From contig OY968762.1 of NCBI GenBank assembly GCA_963695225.1, forward strand, positions 1,248,001-1,312,000: a stretch of DNA of 64,000 bases, read 5' to 3'. The translations under genes and the position numbers were made by a program. The notes below the pieces were generated by a model, which saw only the letters and a list, made by a program, of their open reading frames with translations, had not been told where the DNA came from and did not search any database. The stretch comes from Vulcanimicrobiota bacterium. GTDB taxonomy: Bacteria > Vulcanimicrobiota > Vulcanimicrobiia > Vulcanimicrobiales > Vulcanimicrobiaceae. Position 1 is the first letter of the stretch, and each line of letters opens with the position of its first letter. This document shows, piece after piece, positions 30,882-40,737 of the stretch.

Positions 30882-32510
30882 CTAAGGCGTCGTCCCCGCC
30901 GATGTGACCTCGGTTCCGTCGTTGCCGACGACGCGCACGAACGGAATGCGTGCGCCGGCCGCCGGCGGGACCAATTGAAACTCGAGCACTTTGACGCCCG
31001 AACTCGGGATCGCGATGTCGACGCGGAACGGCGCGCAACGGCCGTCGGTGCAGAACGAAGCGACCCACTCCTTCGGAACGCCGTCGGCGCGCAATGCGAC
31101 GGCGCGCCCAGCCGGGCCCGCGACGATCAAGCGATACTTGAGCGTGTCGGGCACGCTCCCCGGCAGTTCAGGTCCCGTCCACGGCCCGAGCGAGAGCGCC
31201 GTGCGCGCCTGCGACCCGGAGAGATCGAGCGCTACGAGCGCTTCCTGCCCTTCTTCCAAGTACATCGCGTAGCGCTCGTCGCTCTTGGGGAGCCTGCGCG
31301 ACCACTCGAGCATCGAGGCGAACGACGCGCGCGCTTCGTCCGTCGCGCCGAGCTTCGCTAGCGTGCGGCCTTGGTAGAGATAGGCCCATGCCAAGTGCCG
31401 CATGGCGGCCGGACTCCCCTTCGCGACGACTTGCCTGCGCGCGAGCGCGATCGCGCGCGCGTACGTCGCCGAGACGTCGGCGGCGCGCCCGAGTTTGCCG
31501 AGCGTGATTCCGAGCGCCACGAGCGCATCGACGCTCTCGGGTTGGAGCGCGACGAGCCGTTCCTGCGCTCGTTCCGTCACTTCGTACTGTTCGAGCCGGC
31601 CGGCGGAAAGCGCGAGACCCTCGAGTGCGTCCGTATCGTCCGGCGCGATTGCGAGCGCCGCTCGATATGCCGACGCCGCGTCGCTCCAGTGCTCGCGATC
31701 TCTTGCAGAGTCGCCCTTCAAGCGTGCGAGTTGCGCGCGCTCGGCGTCGCTCGCGGCGACCGGCTCGAGCGCCGCGATCGCGCGATCCCGCAAGGCCGCC
31801 TCGGCGGCGCGCGTGCGCAGGACGTCGACCGCGTTGCCGTTCGCGGCGTCGCTCTCGTCCATCAGCCTCTCAGCCTCGGCGATCGCCTCGCCGGCGCGTT
31901 TGACGTGCGCCGCGATCTGCTTCGCGTCGCCGGCGAACGAGAACGCCGGACCGGCGAGCAGGGCGTCGATCTTGCTCTGCAGCGGCGAGCCGATCGCAAC
32001 GTTTCTCCCCGCCTGCGCCACGGCCACGAACGAGCGGAGTTGCCCCGTGGTCGCCATGTCGAGGTAGCGCGCGCGCAGGATGCCTCGCGGATCGATCACG
32101 TACGTCGTAGGAAACGATTGCACGTCGTAAGCGCGGTCGAACGCCTTCGTCCGATCGACGGCCTGCGCGTACGGGACGCCTTTCGCGGCGACGAAGGCGC
32201 GCACGATCGGCGCATCTTCCGTGATGTCGACGCCGAGGAACTCGACGCCGCGCGGCCGCAGTTCGCGCGCGGCGCGCCCGAGGTCCGGCGTCTCGAGGCG
32301 GCAAGGCGGACACCAAGTCGCCCACACGTTGAGGACGAGCGTCTTGCCGCGATACTGCGCGAGCGTGACGGGCTTCCCGTCGAGGGTGTGCAACGCGAAG
32401 TCCGGAGCGGGCTCTCCGAGCGCGGGCCCGGTTAGGAAACCCGGGCTCGAATCGGCCGGCGCGGCGGCGCCGAAGGCGAGCATCGAGGCGAGCGAGAGCA
32501 GGCGCACCAT
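30882..32510 (-). CDS. Exported TlpA/redoxin domain + TPR repeats + C-terminal domain
   Basis: Signal peptide; APDF...LNVWATWCPPCRLE, FPTTYVID; TPR-like helices; C-terminal FCTDGRC. Confidence 0.88.
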   Translation of the reverse strand: MVRLLSLASMLAFGAAAPADSSPGFLTGPALGEPAPDFALHTLDGKPVTLAQYRGKTLVLNVWATWCPPCRLETPDLGRAARELRPRGVEFLGVDITEDAPIVRAFVAAKGVPYAQAVDRTKAFDRAYDVQSFPTTYVIDPRGILRARYLDMATTGQLRSFVAVAQAGRNVAIGSPLQSKIDALLAGPAFSFAGDAKQIAAHVKRAGEAIAEAERLMDESDAANGNAVDVLRTRAAEAALRDRAIAALEPVAASDAERAQLARLKGDSARDREHWSDAASAYRAALAIAPDDTDALEGLALSAGRLEQYEVTERAQERLVALQPESVDALVALGITLGKLGRAADVSATYARAIALARRQVVAKGSPAAMRHLAWAYLYQGRTLAKLGATDEARASFASMLEWSRRLPKSDERYAMYLEEGQEALVALDLSGSQARTALSLGPWTGPELPGSVPDTLKYRLIVAGPAGRAVALRADGVPKEWVASFCTDGRCAPFRVDIAIPSSGVKVLEFQLVPPAAGARIPFVRVVGNDGTEVTSAGTTP

Positions 32511-32571
32511 GGGCGGGGTTTCGCGCCGCCGGTGCCCCGCCCCGCCCGGGACCGCCGCGGCGTCTTGCCGT

Positions 32572-33342
32572 TCAGACGCGTAGCTTGTAGCCGAGCGCCG
32601 TCATCCGCAGCGCCGCGCCGAGAGCGAGGGCCGCCAGCAGCGAGACGATCGCGAGCGAGCGAGCGAGCGGCACGTCCCCCGTCCCGATGAACGCATGCCG
32701 GAAGGCGTCGATCATGTACATCATCGGATTGAACGACGAGATCGAGCGCACGAACGGCGGCAACTGATCGGCCGACGTGAAGACTCCGCCGACGAAGACG
32801 AGCGGCGTGATCACGAACGTCGTCAGCACGGCGATGTGGTCGAATTTCTCAGCGAGCAGCCCGAAGATGATCCCGAGCGCGCCGAAGAGCGTCGCCACGA
32901 GAAACGTCACGCCTGCGAACAGGAACCAATTCTGCGGCCACGTCTGCGCGAAGAGGATGCCGACGCCGAGGACGAGCCCCGCGATGAAGAAGGCCCGGGC
33001 GATCGATGCAAGGATGAAGCCCGCCACGATCTCGACCGCCGAGAGCGGCGCGATCAGCAACTCCTGGATCGAGTTCATGAAACGCCCCTGGAACATCGAA
33101 CTGCTGCACTCGCCGTAGGTCGAATCGATCACCTGCAGCATGATCAGGCCGGGGATCAGGAACGCCGCATACGTCACGCCGCCGGCGGGTTGGATGCGCG
33201 CCCCGAGCGCAAGCCCGAAGACGAAGACGTAGAGCACCGTGGTGATCACCGGGGGCCAGAACACCTGGTTGATCATCTTGAACGTGCGCACGAGCTCCCG
33301 TTTGACGAGCGTCCCGAGGCCGACGAGATTCGCGCCGCTCAT
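32572..33342 (-). CDS. ABC-2 transporter permease (YadH-like)
   Basis: YAAFLIPGLIM, IQELLIAPLS, ITPLVFVGGVF, NPMMYMIDAFR. Confidence 0.92.
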   Translation of the reverse strand: MSGANLVGLGTLVKRELVRTFKMINQVFWPPVITTVLYVFVFGLALGARIQPAGGVTYAAFLIPGLIMLQVIDSTYGECSSSMFQGRFMNSIQELLIAPLSAVEIVAGFILASIARAFFIAGLVLGVGILFAQTWPQNWFLFAGVTFLVATLFGALGIIFGLLAEKFDHIAVLTTFVITPLVFVGGVFTSADQLPPFVRSISSFNPMMYMIDAFRHAFIGTGDVPLARSLAIVSLLAALALGAALRMTALGYKLRV

Positions 33343-34265
33343 CCGCGCGTGAGCTCCAGGAAGACGTCCTGCAGATTCGCGCGCCGGAAATCGACGTCGA
33401 CGACGCGATACCCGGCCCGTTCGAGCGCGAGGAGCGCGGCAGAGATCCGCTCGGCGGCGAGCCCGTCGAAGCGCGCGACGCCCGGAGCGTCCGCGTCCGC
33501 GCGCGCGCCGAGCGCCGCGAGTTCCGGCGTGACGGCCGAGAACGAACGGTCGAGCGTTACGCGCAGCGTGCTGCCGTCCCGCCCCGAGAGCAAGCGTTCC
33601 GTCGTGTCGAGCGCGACGAGCCGCCCGCTTTCGATGATTCCGATCCGGCGGCAGAGCGATTCCGCCTCTTCCAGATAATGCGTCGTCAGCACGAGCGTCA
33701 TTCCGCCCGCGTTGAGTTCGCGCAGGAACGCCCACAACTCGATTCGGAGTTCGACGTCGACGCCGGCGGTCGGCTCGTCCAGGATCAGCAGCCGCGGTTC
33801 GTGGATCAAGGCGCGGGCGAGCGTGAGCCGGCGCTTCATCCCCCCGGAGAGCTTCACGAACGTGTCGTTCGCCTTGCTCGAGAGCCCGAACCGCTCGAGC
33901 AACTCGTCCGCCCGCCGCCGGACGGCCGGCCCGCGCAGCCCGAAGTAACCGGCCTGATAGATCAGCACGTCGCGGATCGAGAGGTACCGGTCGAAGTTGT
34001 ACTCCTGCGGCGCGAGCCCGATCATCCCGCGGGAGAGGCGCCAATCGGCCTGCGTGTCGGCGCCGAAAACAGCGATGCGCCCGGAGGTCGGGCGGGCGAG
34101 CCCCACGATCGCGTTGATCGTCGTCGTCTTCCCCGCGCCGTTCGGCCCGAGCAGCCCGAAGAAATCCCCCGCCCGAACGGTCAGCGAAAGATCGTCGACG
34201 GCGGTGAACGTCCCGAACCGCTTCGTCAGATGCGAGATCGAGATCGCATCAGGGGATCCGTTCAC
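33339..34265 (-). CDS. ABC transporter ATP-binding protein (YadG-like)
   Basis: GPNGAGKTT, LSGGMKRR, LILDEPTAG, TTHY. Confidence 0.95.
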   Translation of the reverse strand: MNGSPDAISISHLTKRFGTFTAVDDLSLTVRAGDFFGLLGPNGAGKTTTINAIVGLARPTSGRIAVFGADTQADWRLSRGMIGLAPQEYNFDRYLSIRDVLIYQAGYFGLRGPAVRRRADELLERFGLSSKANDTFVKLSGGMKRRLTLARALIHEPRLLILDEPTAGVDVELRIELWAFLRELNAGGMTLVLTTHYLEEAESLCRRIGIIESGRLVALDTTERLLSGRDGSTLRVTLDRSFSAVTPELAALGARADADAPGVARFDGLAAERISAALLALERAGYRVVDVDFRRANLQDVFLELTRG

Positions 34266-34989
34266 CGAGCTCCTTGTAGCGGTGGCGCAGCAGCACGCGC
34301 ACGCGGTCCTTCGCATCCGGCATGCCGCTCTTGCGAAGCTGGCGGACGACCTTTTCGACGTCGAATGCAACGCGCCGGTGCTTGATCTCCCAGCCGCCGG
34401 AGCGTTCCGTCAGGATCGCATACCCGGCGCGCGGGTCTCCGTCCTTCGGAAGGCCGGCCGAGGCGACGTTGACGAAGATGCGGTCGCGCCAGGCGCGCAC
34501 GTACGGCACGTGCAGGTGCCCGAAGACGATCGTCCGTTCGGGGACGCCGGCGGTCATCCGCACGAGCAATCCGTCGTCCGCATCGGGCCAGAGATGCTCT
34601 TCATCGTTCTTCGGATTCGCATGGACGACGAGGAGTTCGTTCCCCTCCGCTCCGATGCGCAGCGAAGCGGGAAACTCCCGCAGCCGCGCGAGCCACGCCG
34701 GGCCGAGTTGCGCGCGCTGCCACGCGAGCGCGGCTGCTTCTTCCCCGCCCTCAGCAAGCGCGTCTTCCGCAGCGGAGCCGCCGGCGATGTAGCGATCCGT
34801 GTTGCCGCGCACGCAGCGCGCACCGATCTCGCTCAAGCGTTCGAGCACTTCGCGGGGGCGGGGACCGTCCATGCAATAATCGCCCGCACCAATGATGACG
34901 TCGGCACCGCCCTGGCCGGCGAGATCGTCCAGGCACGCTTCGAGACCGCGGAGGTTTCCGTGAACGTCGGAGACGATCGCGGCCCGCAC
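34249..34989 (-). CDS. Calcineurin-like metallophosphoesterase
   Basis: SDVHGN, AGD, RGNTD, VHA, GHLH, NVAS. Confidence 0.93.
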   Translation of the reverse strand: MRAAIVSDVHGNLRGLEACLDDLAGQGGADVIIGAGDYCMDGPRPREVLERLSEIGARCVRGNTDRYIAGGSAAEDALAEGGEEAAALAWQRAQLGPAWLARLREFPASLRIGAEGNELLVVHANPKNDEEHLWPDADDGLLVRMTAGVPERTIVFGHLHVPYVRAWRDRIFVNVASAGLPKDGDPRAGYAILTERSGGWEIKHRRVAFDVEKVVRQLRKSGMPDAKDRVRVLLRHRYKELGERIP

Positions 34990-34991
34990 GT

Positions 34992-35861
34992 TCAGCCTCG
35001 CTTCAACGCGAGCGCGAGCAACGACGGGGTCGTCCCGATCTTCCCGAACTCCCACAGATCGATCGCGTCGACCGCGATGCCCGCCGAGCGCAGCAGCGGG
35101 ACGACGGCCCGGAAGCGCAGGTTGCCGAGAACGCGCCCCCGCCCTAGCGCGAGGACGCCCGCACCGTAATCGTCGCCCCGCGGCACGGCGAGCGTCGCGA
35201 GGCCGGCGAACGCGCCGCCCTCGACGAGGCCCGGCGAATAGACGACCGTCTTCTCGTCGACGAACGCGGCGACGCCGCGCAGGCGAACGGCATCGGCGGC
35301 GACGGGAACTTCGACGACCTTCCGTCCGATGCTCTCCGCGTAGGCGGCGATCTGCTTGCGTCCGAGCGCGTTCCCGCGCCTCCCGGTGGGAATCCCGCCT
35401 GCCGACGGCCGGGCACGGCCGACGCCCACATAGAGCGCGCCCGCGCCCAACATCACGTCGCCCCCGTCGAGCAAACCAGGCGCTTGGACGCGTCCGACGA
35501 TCGGCACGCCCGCCGCCGCGAGCGCCGCCTCGACCGCCGGGAGCTCGGCGCGCCGTGTCTCATCGCTGGGGCGCGCGAGAAACGCACCTTCGGGGAAGAC
35601 GACCGCGAGATCCGCGACGGCGCTCGCGTTCGGAAGACCGGCGGCCGGCTCGAGCACGATCGTGCGCACCCCGTTATACTGCAGCGTCCCCTCGAAGATC
35701 GCGAATTGCTCGAGCGCGCGCTCGAGTATGGCACCGGACTCGCCCTGGACGGGATTCGCCCGTTCGATCGACGCTCCCGGCCGCACGAGCATGGCCGTCG
35801 CGAGACGCGCGCCGTCGTTTGCCACGAAGGGACCCTGGACTGTCGTTGCCGTCGAGATCAC
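34992..35861 (-). CDS. DDAH/amidinotransferase (pentein)-fold protein lacking catalytic His and Cys
   Basis: ALEQ, RP...RRAE, PGLLDGGDV, N..G.KQ, EFGKIG; GTGA overlap with the upstream gene. Confidence 0.8.
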   Translation of the reverse strand: MISTATTVQGPFVANDGARLATAMLVRPGASIERANPVQGESGAILERALEQFAIFEGTLQYNGVRTIVLEPAAGLPNASAVADLAVVFPEGAFLARPSDETRRAELPAVEAALAAAGVPIVGRVQAPGLLDGGDVMLGAGALYVGVGRARPSAGGIPTGRRGNALGRKQIAAYAESIGRKVVEVPVAADAVRLRGVAAFVDEKTVVYSPGLVEGGAFAGLATLAVPRGDDYGAGVLALGRGRVLGNLRFRAVVPLLRSAGIAVDAIDLWEFGKIGTTPSLLALALKRG

Positions 35862-38545
35862 CCGCGGTAGTTGGCCGAAAGGCGCGCCGCGCCCCCTCTC
35901 GCGATTCCGGGCGCCGGGCGCACGCTCGCCCGTTGCACCGGCGGCGCGGCTTGGACGTAGGCCGGCGCATCGGGGCTCGACGTGAAGAAATCCCGCAGAT
36001 CCGCCGCGAGCGCATCGCCGAGCGAGAGCGGGGGAAGCCCGAGCAACTCTTCCTCCGTCTTGAGCACGCTCGCGGTGGAGAGGTGGCGCGCGCCGAGATA
36101 GCGCTGCTTGGCGTACGGCGAGATGACGAGCGCGTAGGTGCGATGGGCCTGCACGTGATCGCGCGAGGATTCCGCATCGTCGGACATCACGAAGATCGCC
36201 GTCTCCTTCCACTCGGGCAAGTGCGTGAGGTACTCGACGATCGTGCCGAGCGCGCGGTCGGAGTCGGCGACCCGCTCCGCGAGCGAAGGGACGCCGGGGC
36301 CGGCGCCGGCCCGGCTCCCCGGCAACCAAATGTGCGTGTAACTCGGCACCTGCTTGCGTCCCGCCAAGAGCGAGAAGTCGCGGACGAACTCCTTCGCGCG
36401 CCGGGCATCGCGAACGCGCAGGTTCCAGCCGGGATAATCGAGATCGACGTGCCCCGCGAGCGCGGCCGGAGCGGGCACGTCCAGCGAGTAGAGGCCGCCG
36501 AGGCCGCGCGTCGGCGGGTTCGCATCGGCCGCATCGACGTACGCCGGATCGTCGGTTCGCGGGTCCGGGGCTGCGCCGCGGTCGTATCCCGAGAGTTGCA
36601 GGAGGTCGCCGTAGACGCGATAGCTCAGGTGTTTGCGCGAAAGCGCATCGAAGATGTAGCCGTTGCGCGGATAGTCCTCGGGGTCTTGGCTTGCGTTCCC
36701 GAGCGGCCCGCGGCCGTGCGCCACGAGGCGCGTCCTCTCCGTGAACGCCGAAGCGATTCCGCCCACCGCGAATTGGTGCGCCGCGTTCGACTCGTCGGCA
36801 TCGGCGTAGAAGTTCGTCGCCAGCGCGTAGGTGCGCGCGAGCGCGTGCAGATTCGGCGTCGCCGTCTCGCCGAACGCGACGAGCGACGGAGCGCCGTTGC
36901 CGTGCGGCTGCCCCGCGGCGTCGGTCAAGTCACCGAGCATCGCGTCGTACGTTTTGCTCTCTTGCAGGATCAGCACGACGTGCTTGATCGTCCGGCTCGG
37001 GACGCCTTGGAAGCCCTGCGGGACGGCGGGATTCGCGACCCCCCTGCGCGCGACGCGCACGTACGTGAGCGCGCGCCGCGTCGTGCGGGGAAGATCGATC
37101 CCGGCAAGATCGATCTTCTGCAGCGTCGCCCACGCGGCGCCGCGGTCGATTTGCTCCGCGACGACGGTTCCCCCCGCGTCATGCGCCGTCGGCACCTCCG
37201 CGGCGGCGCGAGTCTCGTCGTCGAACCCCTTCGCATTCGCGACGTAGAGCGTGCGGCCGTCGGCGGAGAGTGCGAGCGCGCTCGGCGACCACCCGGTCGG
37301 GATCAGGCCGACGCGGTGCGGGCGCGCGGGATCGCGCACGTCGAGGACCGCGACGGCGTTCAACCCGGAAAGTGCGACGTAGAGCCGCTTCTGATCGGAC
37401 GACACTGCGAGGGCGGTCGGCTGCGTGCCGTACGGCGCGCGGTCGAAGAGCCGCAACTCCGTCCCTCCGACGACGCGCGCGCGTCCCTTCGCATCGAACG
37501 CGACGACGGCGATGCGGTCGACGTTCGTCATGGCGACGAACGCGTGACGGCCGTCCTTCGTAGCCGCGATCCCGGTCGGGTGCGCACCGCCGATCGTCCT
37601 CGATCCGTCGGGCCCCCGGTCCATCGCGAGGGCGTACGAGCGCTGCCGCACGGGTAAACCTCGCGCCGCAAGCGGAATGACCGAGAGCGAAGAGGCCTTG
37701 GCCGGCTCAGGTTTGGGGCTGCGGAACTCGGGGGCGGCCACGGGGGTCGCGAGCGTGCGATAGCTCGCAAGCCCTTCGTTCGCAACGAGCAAGCGATCGC
37801 CGGCACGAGCCGCGCCGAAGGGGAAGTAGCCGACCGGAACCGGCACCCCGGCAAGCGTCCGCGAGGCGACGTCGATCGTCGTCACGTCGTTCGCGAGATC
37901 GTTCACGACGTAGACTCGCGTGCCGTCTTTCGAGGCGACGAGCGATGCGGGGAACGCCCGCCCCGCATTCGCCGCCTGCGCGTCCGTGGAGAGCGGCATC
38001 GCGATCGAGGGGACGCGATCGGGAACGAGATGCCCCGCCCCGTCCAGATCGAAGACTGCGACGGCGTCGTCGGCGCCTCCGGCGGCGAAGACGAGCGTAC
38101 GCCCCGCATCGAGCGGATCGGCGAACGCGACGATCCCCGCGAAGAACGTCGCGCCGGGCGCGCGGTATTGCTCGACGAGACGCATCGTCGCGGTCTCGAC
38201 GACCGCGAGCGAATACCCGCCGCGGATGCGCGGATCGAGGCCGTTCGTCGCGGAACTTCCGCCTTCGTCGCAATTCGAGACGAGCGCAAAGCGCCCGTCG
38301 GGCGTGAGCGTGACCCCCAGCGCGTTCATGCCGACGGCGACGCTCGCGCCTTCCGGGACGACCAGCCGCCCCGAAGGGAGGATCTGCGAGTACGGATCGG
38401 CCGGGTCCAGCAGGCCGGCGGCGCGGTTCCCCGCGGGCGGCTCGAAGACGAGCGGAGCGGCAGGCTTGGCGGCCGCGCCGGCGGAGGGAGGCGCGAAGAG
38501 CAAACCGGCCGCGGCGCAAAGCGCGGCGAGAAGACGGATTCTCAC
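35858..38545 (-). CDS. Secreted YncE/YVTN beta-propeller + phosphoesterase/alkaline-phosphatase-like protein
   Basis: Signal peptide; repeated YVVN/YVAN blades, IPTGWSP; IKHVVLILQESKTYD, ALVISPYAK. Confidence 0.88.
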   Translation of the reverse strand: MRIRLLAALCAAAGLLFAPPSAGAAAKPAAPLVFEPPAGNRAAGLLDPADPYSQILPSGRLVVPEGASVAVGMNALGVTLTPDGRFALVSNCDEGGSSATNGLDPRIRGGYSLAVVETATMRLVEQYRAPGATFFAGIVAFADPLDAGRTLVFAAGGADDAVAVFDLDGAGHLVPDRVPSIAMPLSTDAQAANAGRAFPASLVASKDGTRVYVVNDLANDVTTIDVASRTLAGVPVPVGYFPFGAARAGDRLLVANEGLASYRTLATPVAAPEFRSPKPEPAKASSLSVIPLAARGLPVRQRSYALAMDRGPDGSRTIGGAHPTGIAATKDGRHAFVAMTNVDRIAVVAFDAKGRARVVGGTELRLFDRAPYGTQPTALAVSSDQKRLYVALSGLNAVAVLDVRDPARPHRVGLIPTGWSPSALALSADGRTLYVANAKGFDDETRAAAEVPTAHDAGGTVVAEQIDRGAAWATLQKIDLAGIDLPRTTRRALTYVRVARRGVANPAVPQGFQGVPSRTIKHVVLILQESKTYDAMLGDLTDAAGQPHGNGAPSLVAFGETATPNLHALARTYALATNFYADADESNAAHQFAVGGIASAFTERTRLVAHGRGPLGNASQDPEDYPRNGYIFDALSRKHLSYRVYGDLLQLSGYDRGAAPDPRTDDPAYVDAADANPPTRGLGGLYSLDVPAPAALAGHVDLDYPGWNLRVRDARRAKEFVRDFSLLAGRKQVPSYTHIWLPGSRAGAGPGVPSLAERVADSDRALGTIVEYLTHLPEWKETAIFVMSDDAESSRDHVQAHRTYALVISPYAKQRYLGARHLSTASVLKTEEELLGLPPLSLGDALAADLRDFFTSSPDAPAYVQAAPPVQRASVRPAPGIARGGAARLSANYRG

Positions 38546-38578
38546 GCTTTTCGCATACGGTCCGGCAGCACGTAGCTC

Positions 38579-40042
38579 CTAGCTGGAACGGCTGCAGCGC
38601 GCGAGCGCTCGGGCGAGGCGCGCGATCCCTTCTCGCGCCGTGGCCTCGTCGAGATCGCCGAAGGAGAGCCGTAACGCGGGAGGACCCGAGCGCGTCGGGT
38701 AGGATGCATCCGCCGGCATCACGAGGACGCCTTCGCGGGCGCACTCGGCGAACGCGGCCTGCATCGAGATGCGCGGCGGGAGCGGGAGCCAAAGCGTGAC
38801 GCCCGCGGCAGGCGGCCGGGCGTTCGCCCAGGGAAGCGCTCGCGCGAGCTCCTCGACGAACGCATCGCGGCGGCGCCGATAGAGCGCTTTCGCCGCGCGC
38901 AGATGCTTGGGGTACGCCGGCGATTCCAGGAAGCGCCGCACGGAGCGCTGCATCAACGTGGACGTGAACGAATCCGTCCGTTCCTTCGCCGCCGCGAGCG
39001 GGGCGTGCAGCGCGCCGCGCGCGCAGATGTACCCGATGCGGAGCGCCGGAAAGATCGATTTGGAAAGGCTCTCCATCACGACGACGCGCCCGTCCACGTC
39101 GTACGCGGCGAGCGGCGCCGGGGGGCGGGCGTCGTAGGTGAACACCCAGCCGGTCTGATCCTCGAGGATCACGACGTCGTACCGCCGTGCCAGTCCCACG
39201 ATCGCCCGCGCCCGCCGCTCGGGCAGGATGCCGCCGGTCGGATTCTGCGCGAAGGGATTGAGGTACAGCAGGCGCGGGCGATACTCCGCGAAGACGCGCG
39301 CGACGTCGTCGACGCGCACGCCCTCGTCGTCGGCGCCGAGCTCGACGTACGTCACGGCGCGCGCATCGAACGCCCCGAGCGTCGCCGCGTACGTCGGGCT
39401 CTCCGCGGCGACGACCGAGCGGGGTTCGAGCAACGTCCCGGCGACGATGTCGACGGCCTGCTGCGCCCCCGAGCAGACGATGACGTCGCGCGCGGAAGCC
39501 TCGACGCCGCGGGCGTTCAACGCCCGCGCGAGCGTCGCGCGCAAATCCGGATCCCCGCTCCCGGAAGCGTACTGCATCGTCTCGGGCGGGTCGTCGAGGA
39601 GCGTCCGCTGGACGCAACGGCCGAACTCGGCGAGCGGGAACGTCTCGGGCGCGGGATACCCCGTCGCGAGCGAGATCGTGCCCGGGCGCCGCGCCGCTTC
39701 GAGGCGCTCGAAGACGCCCTCCATGCGTGCCCGAGAGTGACTGCCGAGATCGGGCTCCCAGCGGCGCGCCGGCGGCTCGATCGCCCCGGCGGGGCGCGCG
39801 ACGAACGAACCTTTCCCGACGCGCGTGACGATGCGCCCGCGCGCGCCAAGCGCCTCGTAGGCTTGCGAGACCGTGACGAGCCCGCACCCCAAGCGCCGCG
39901 CCAATTCGCGCATTCCCGGGAGGCGCTCCCCCGGAACCAGCTCGCCGCGCTCGATCCGCGCCGCCAGACCGTCGGCGATCTGAACGTAGAGCGGGCGCTT
40001 ATCCCGCTCGTCGAGAAAGAATTCGCCGAGGACCGGCTTCAC
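38579..40042 (-). CDS. MocR/GabR-family regulator (GntR wHTH + PLP aminotransferase)
   Basis: PLYVQIA...LPGMRELA...VSQAY; QNPTG; SLSKSIFPALRIG. Confidence 0.93.
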   Translation of the reverse strand: MKPVLGEFFLDERDKRPLYVQIADGLAARIERGELVPGERLPGMRELARRLGCGLVTVSQAYEALGARGRIVTRVGKGSFVARPAGAIEPPARRWEPDLGSHSRARMEGVFERLEAARRPGTISLATGYPAPETFPLAEFGRCVQRTLLDDPPETMQYASGSGDPDLRATLARALNARGVEASARDVIVCSGAQQAVDIVAGTLLEPRSVVAAESPTYAATLGAFDARAVTYVELGADDEGVRVDDVARVFAEYRPRLLYLNPFAQNPTGGILPERRARAIVGLARRYDVVILEDQTGWVFTYDARPPAPLAAYDVDGRVVVMESLSKSIFPALRIGYICARGALHAPLAAAKERTDSFTSTLMQRSVRRFLESPAYPKHLRAAKALYRRRRDAFVEELARALPWANARPPAAGVTLWLPLPPRISMQAAFAECAREGVLVMPADASYPTRSGPPALRLSFGDLDEATAREGIARLARALARCSRSS

Positions 40043-40737
40043 GCCGCGTCGAGCCGGTATCCGATTCCGCGCACCGAGGAGATCTCGACGCTCGAGCCGA
40101 CCTCGCCGAGCTTCTTGCGTAGGGCCGCGACGTGCACGTCGACGACGCGCGTCGGGACGCCGGAGACGTCGTTCCAAACGCGTTCGAGGATCTGCGCGCG
40201 CGTCAGCAAGCGTCCCTCGCCCTCGGCCAAGAACCACAGCAAGCGGAACTCGAGCGCCGTCAGGCTCACGGTCTTATCGTTTCGTTCCAGGACGTGGAGA
40301 TCGCGCAGCAAACGCGCGTCGCCTACTCCGAGCGTCGCCCCGTTCGCATTCGCGCGTGCCCGGTCGCGCCGCCGCAGGAAGGCGCCGATCCGCGCGACGA
40401 GTTCGCTCGGGAGGAAGGGCTTCGTGATGTAGTCGTCCGCGCCGAGCCCCAGGCCGCGCAGTTTGAACTCTTCCTCCGCATGCCCGCTCACGAGCAGGAT
40501 GTAAGCATCGGCGCTTTCCGCAATCGCCGTGCAGACGTCGAGCCCCGACATGTCGGGCAAGCCGATGTCCAAGAGCACGACGTCCGGACGGTACTTCGTC
40601 ATGAGCTGCAAACCGGTCGAGCCGTTCGCTGCGATGCGAGCCTCGTAGCCCGCTTTGGCCAAGACGAGTTGTTCGAACCGCGCCGTGTCGGCGTCGTCTT
40701 CGACGATCAGCACCCGAGCGGTCGAACTGTCGATCAT
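40039..40737 (-). CDS. OmpR/PhoB-family response regulator (no adjacent kinase)
   Basis: VEDD, LLDIGLP, DDYITKPF, VDVHVAALRKKL, VRGIGY. Confidence 0.95.
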   Translation of the reverse strand: MIDSSTARVLIVEDDADTARFEQLVLAKAGYEARIAANGSTGLQLMTKYRPDVVLLDIGLPDMSGLDVCTAIAESADAYILLVSGHAEEEFKLRGLGLGADDYITKPFLPSELVARIGAFLRRRDRARANANGATLGVGDARLLRDLHVLERNDKTVSLTALEFRLLWFLAEGEGRLLTRAQILERVWNDVSGVPTRVVDVHVAALRKKLGEVGSSVEISSVRGIGYRLDAA

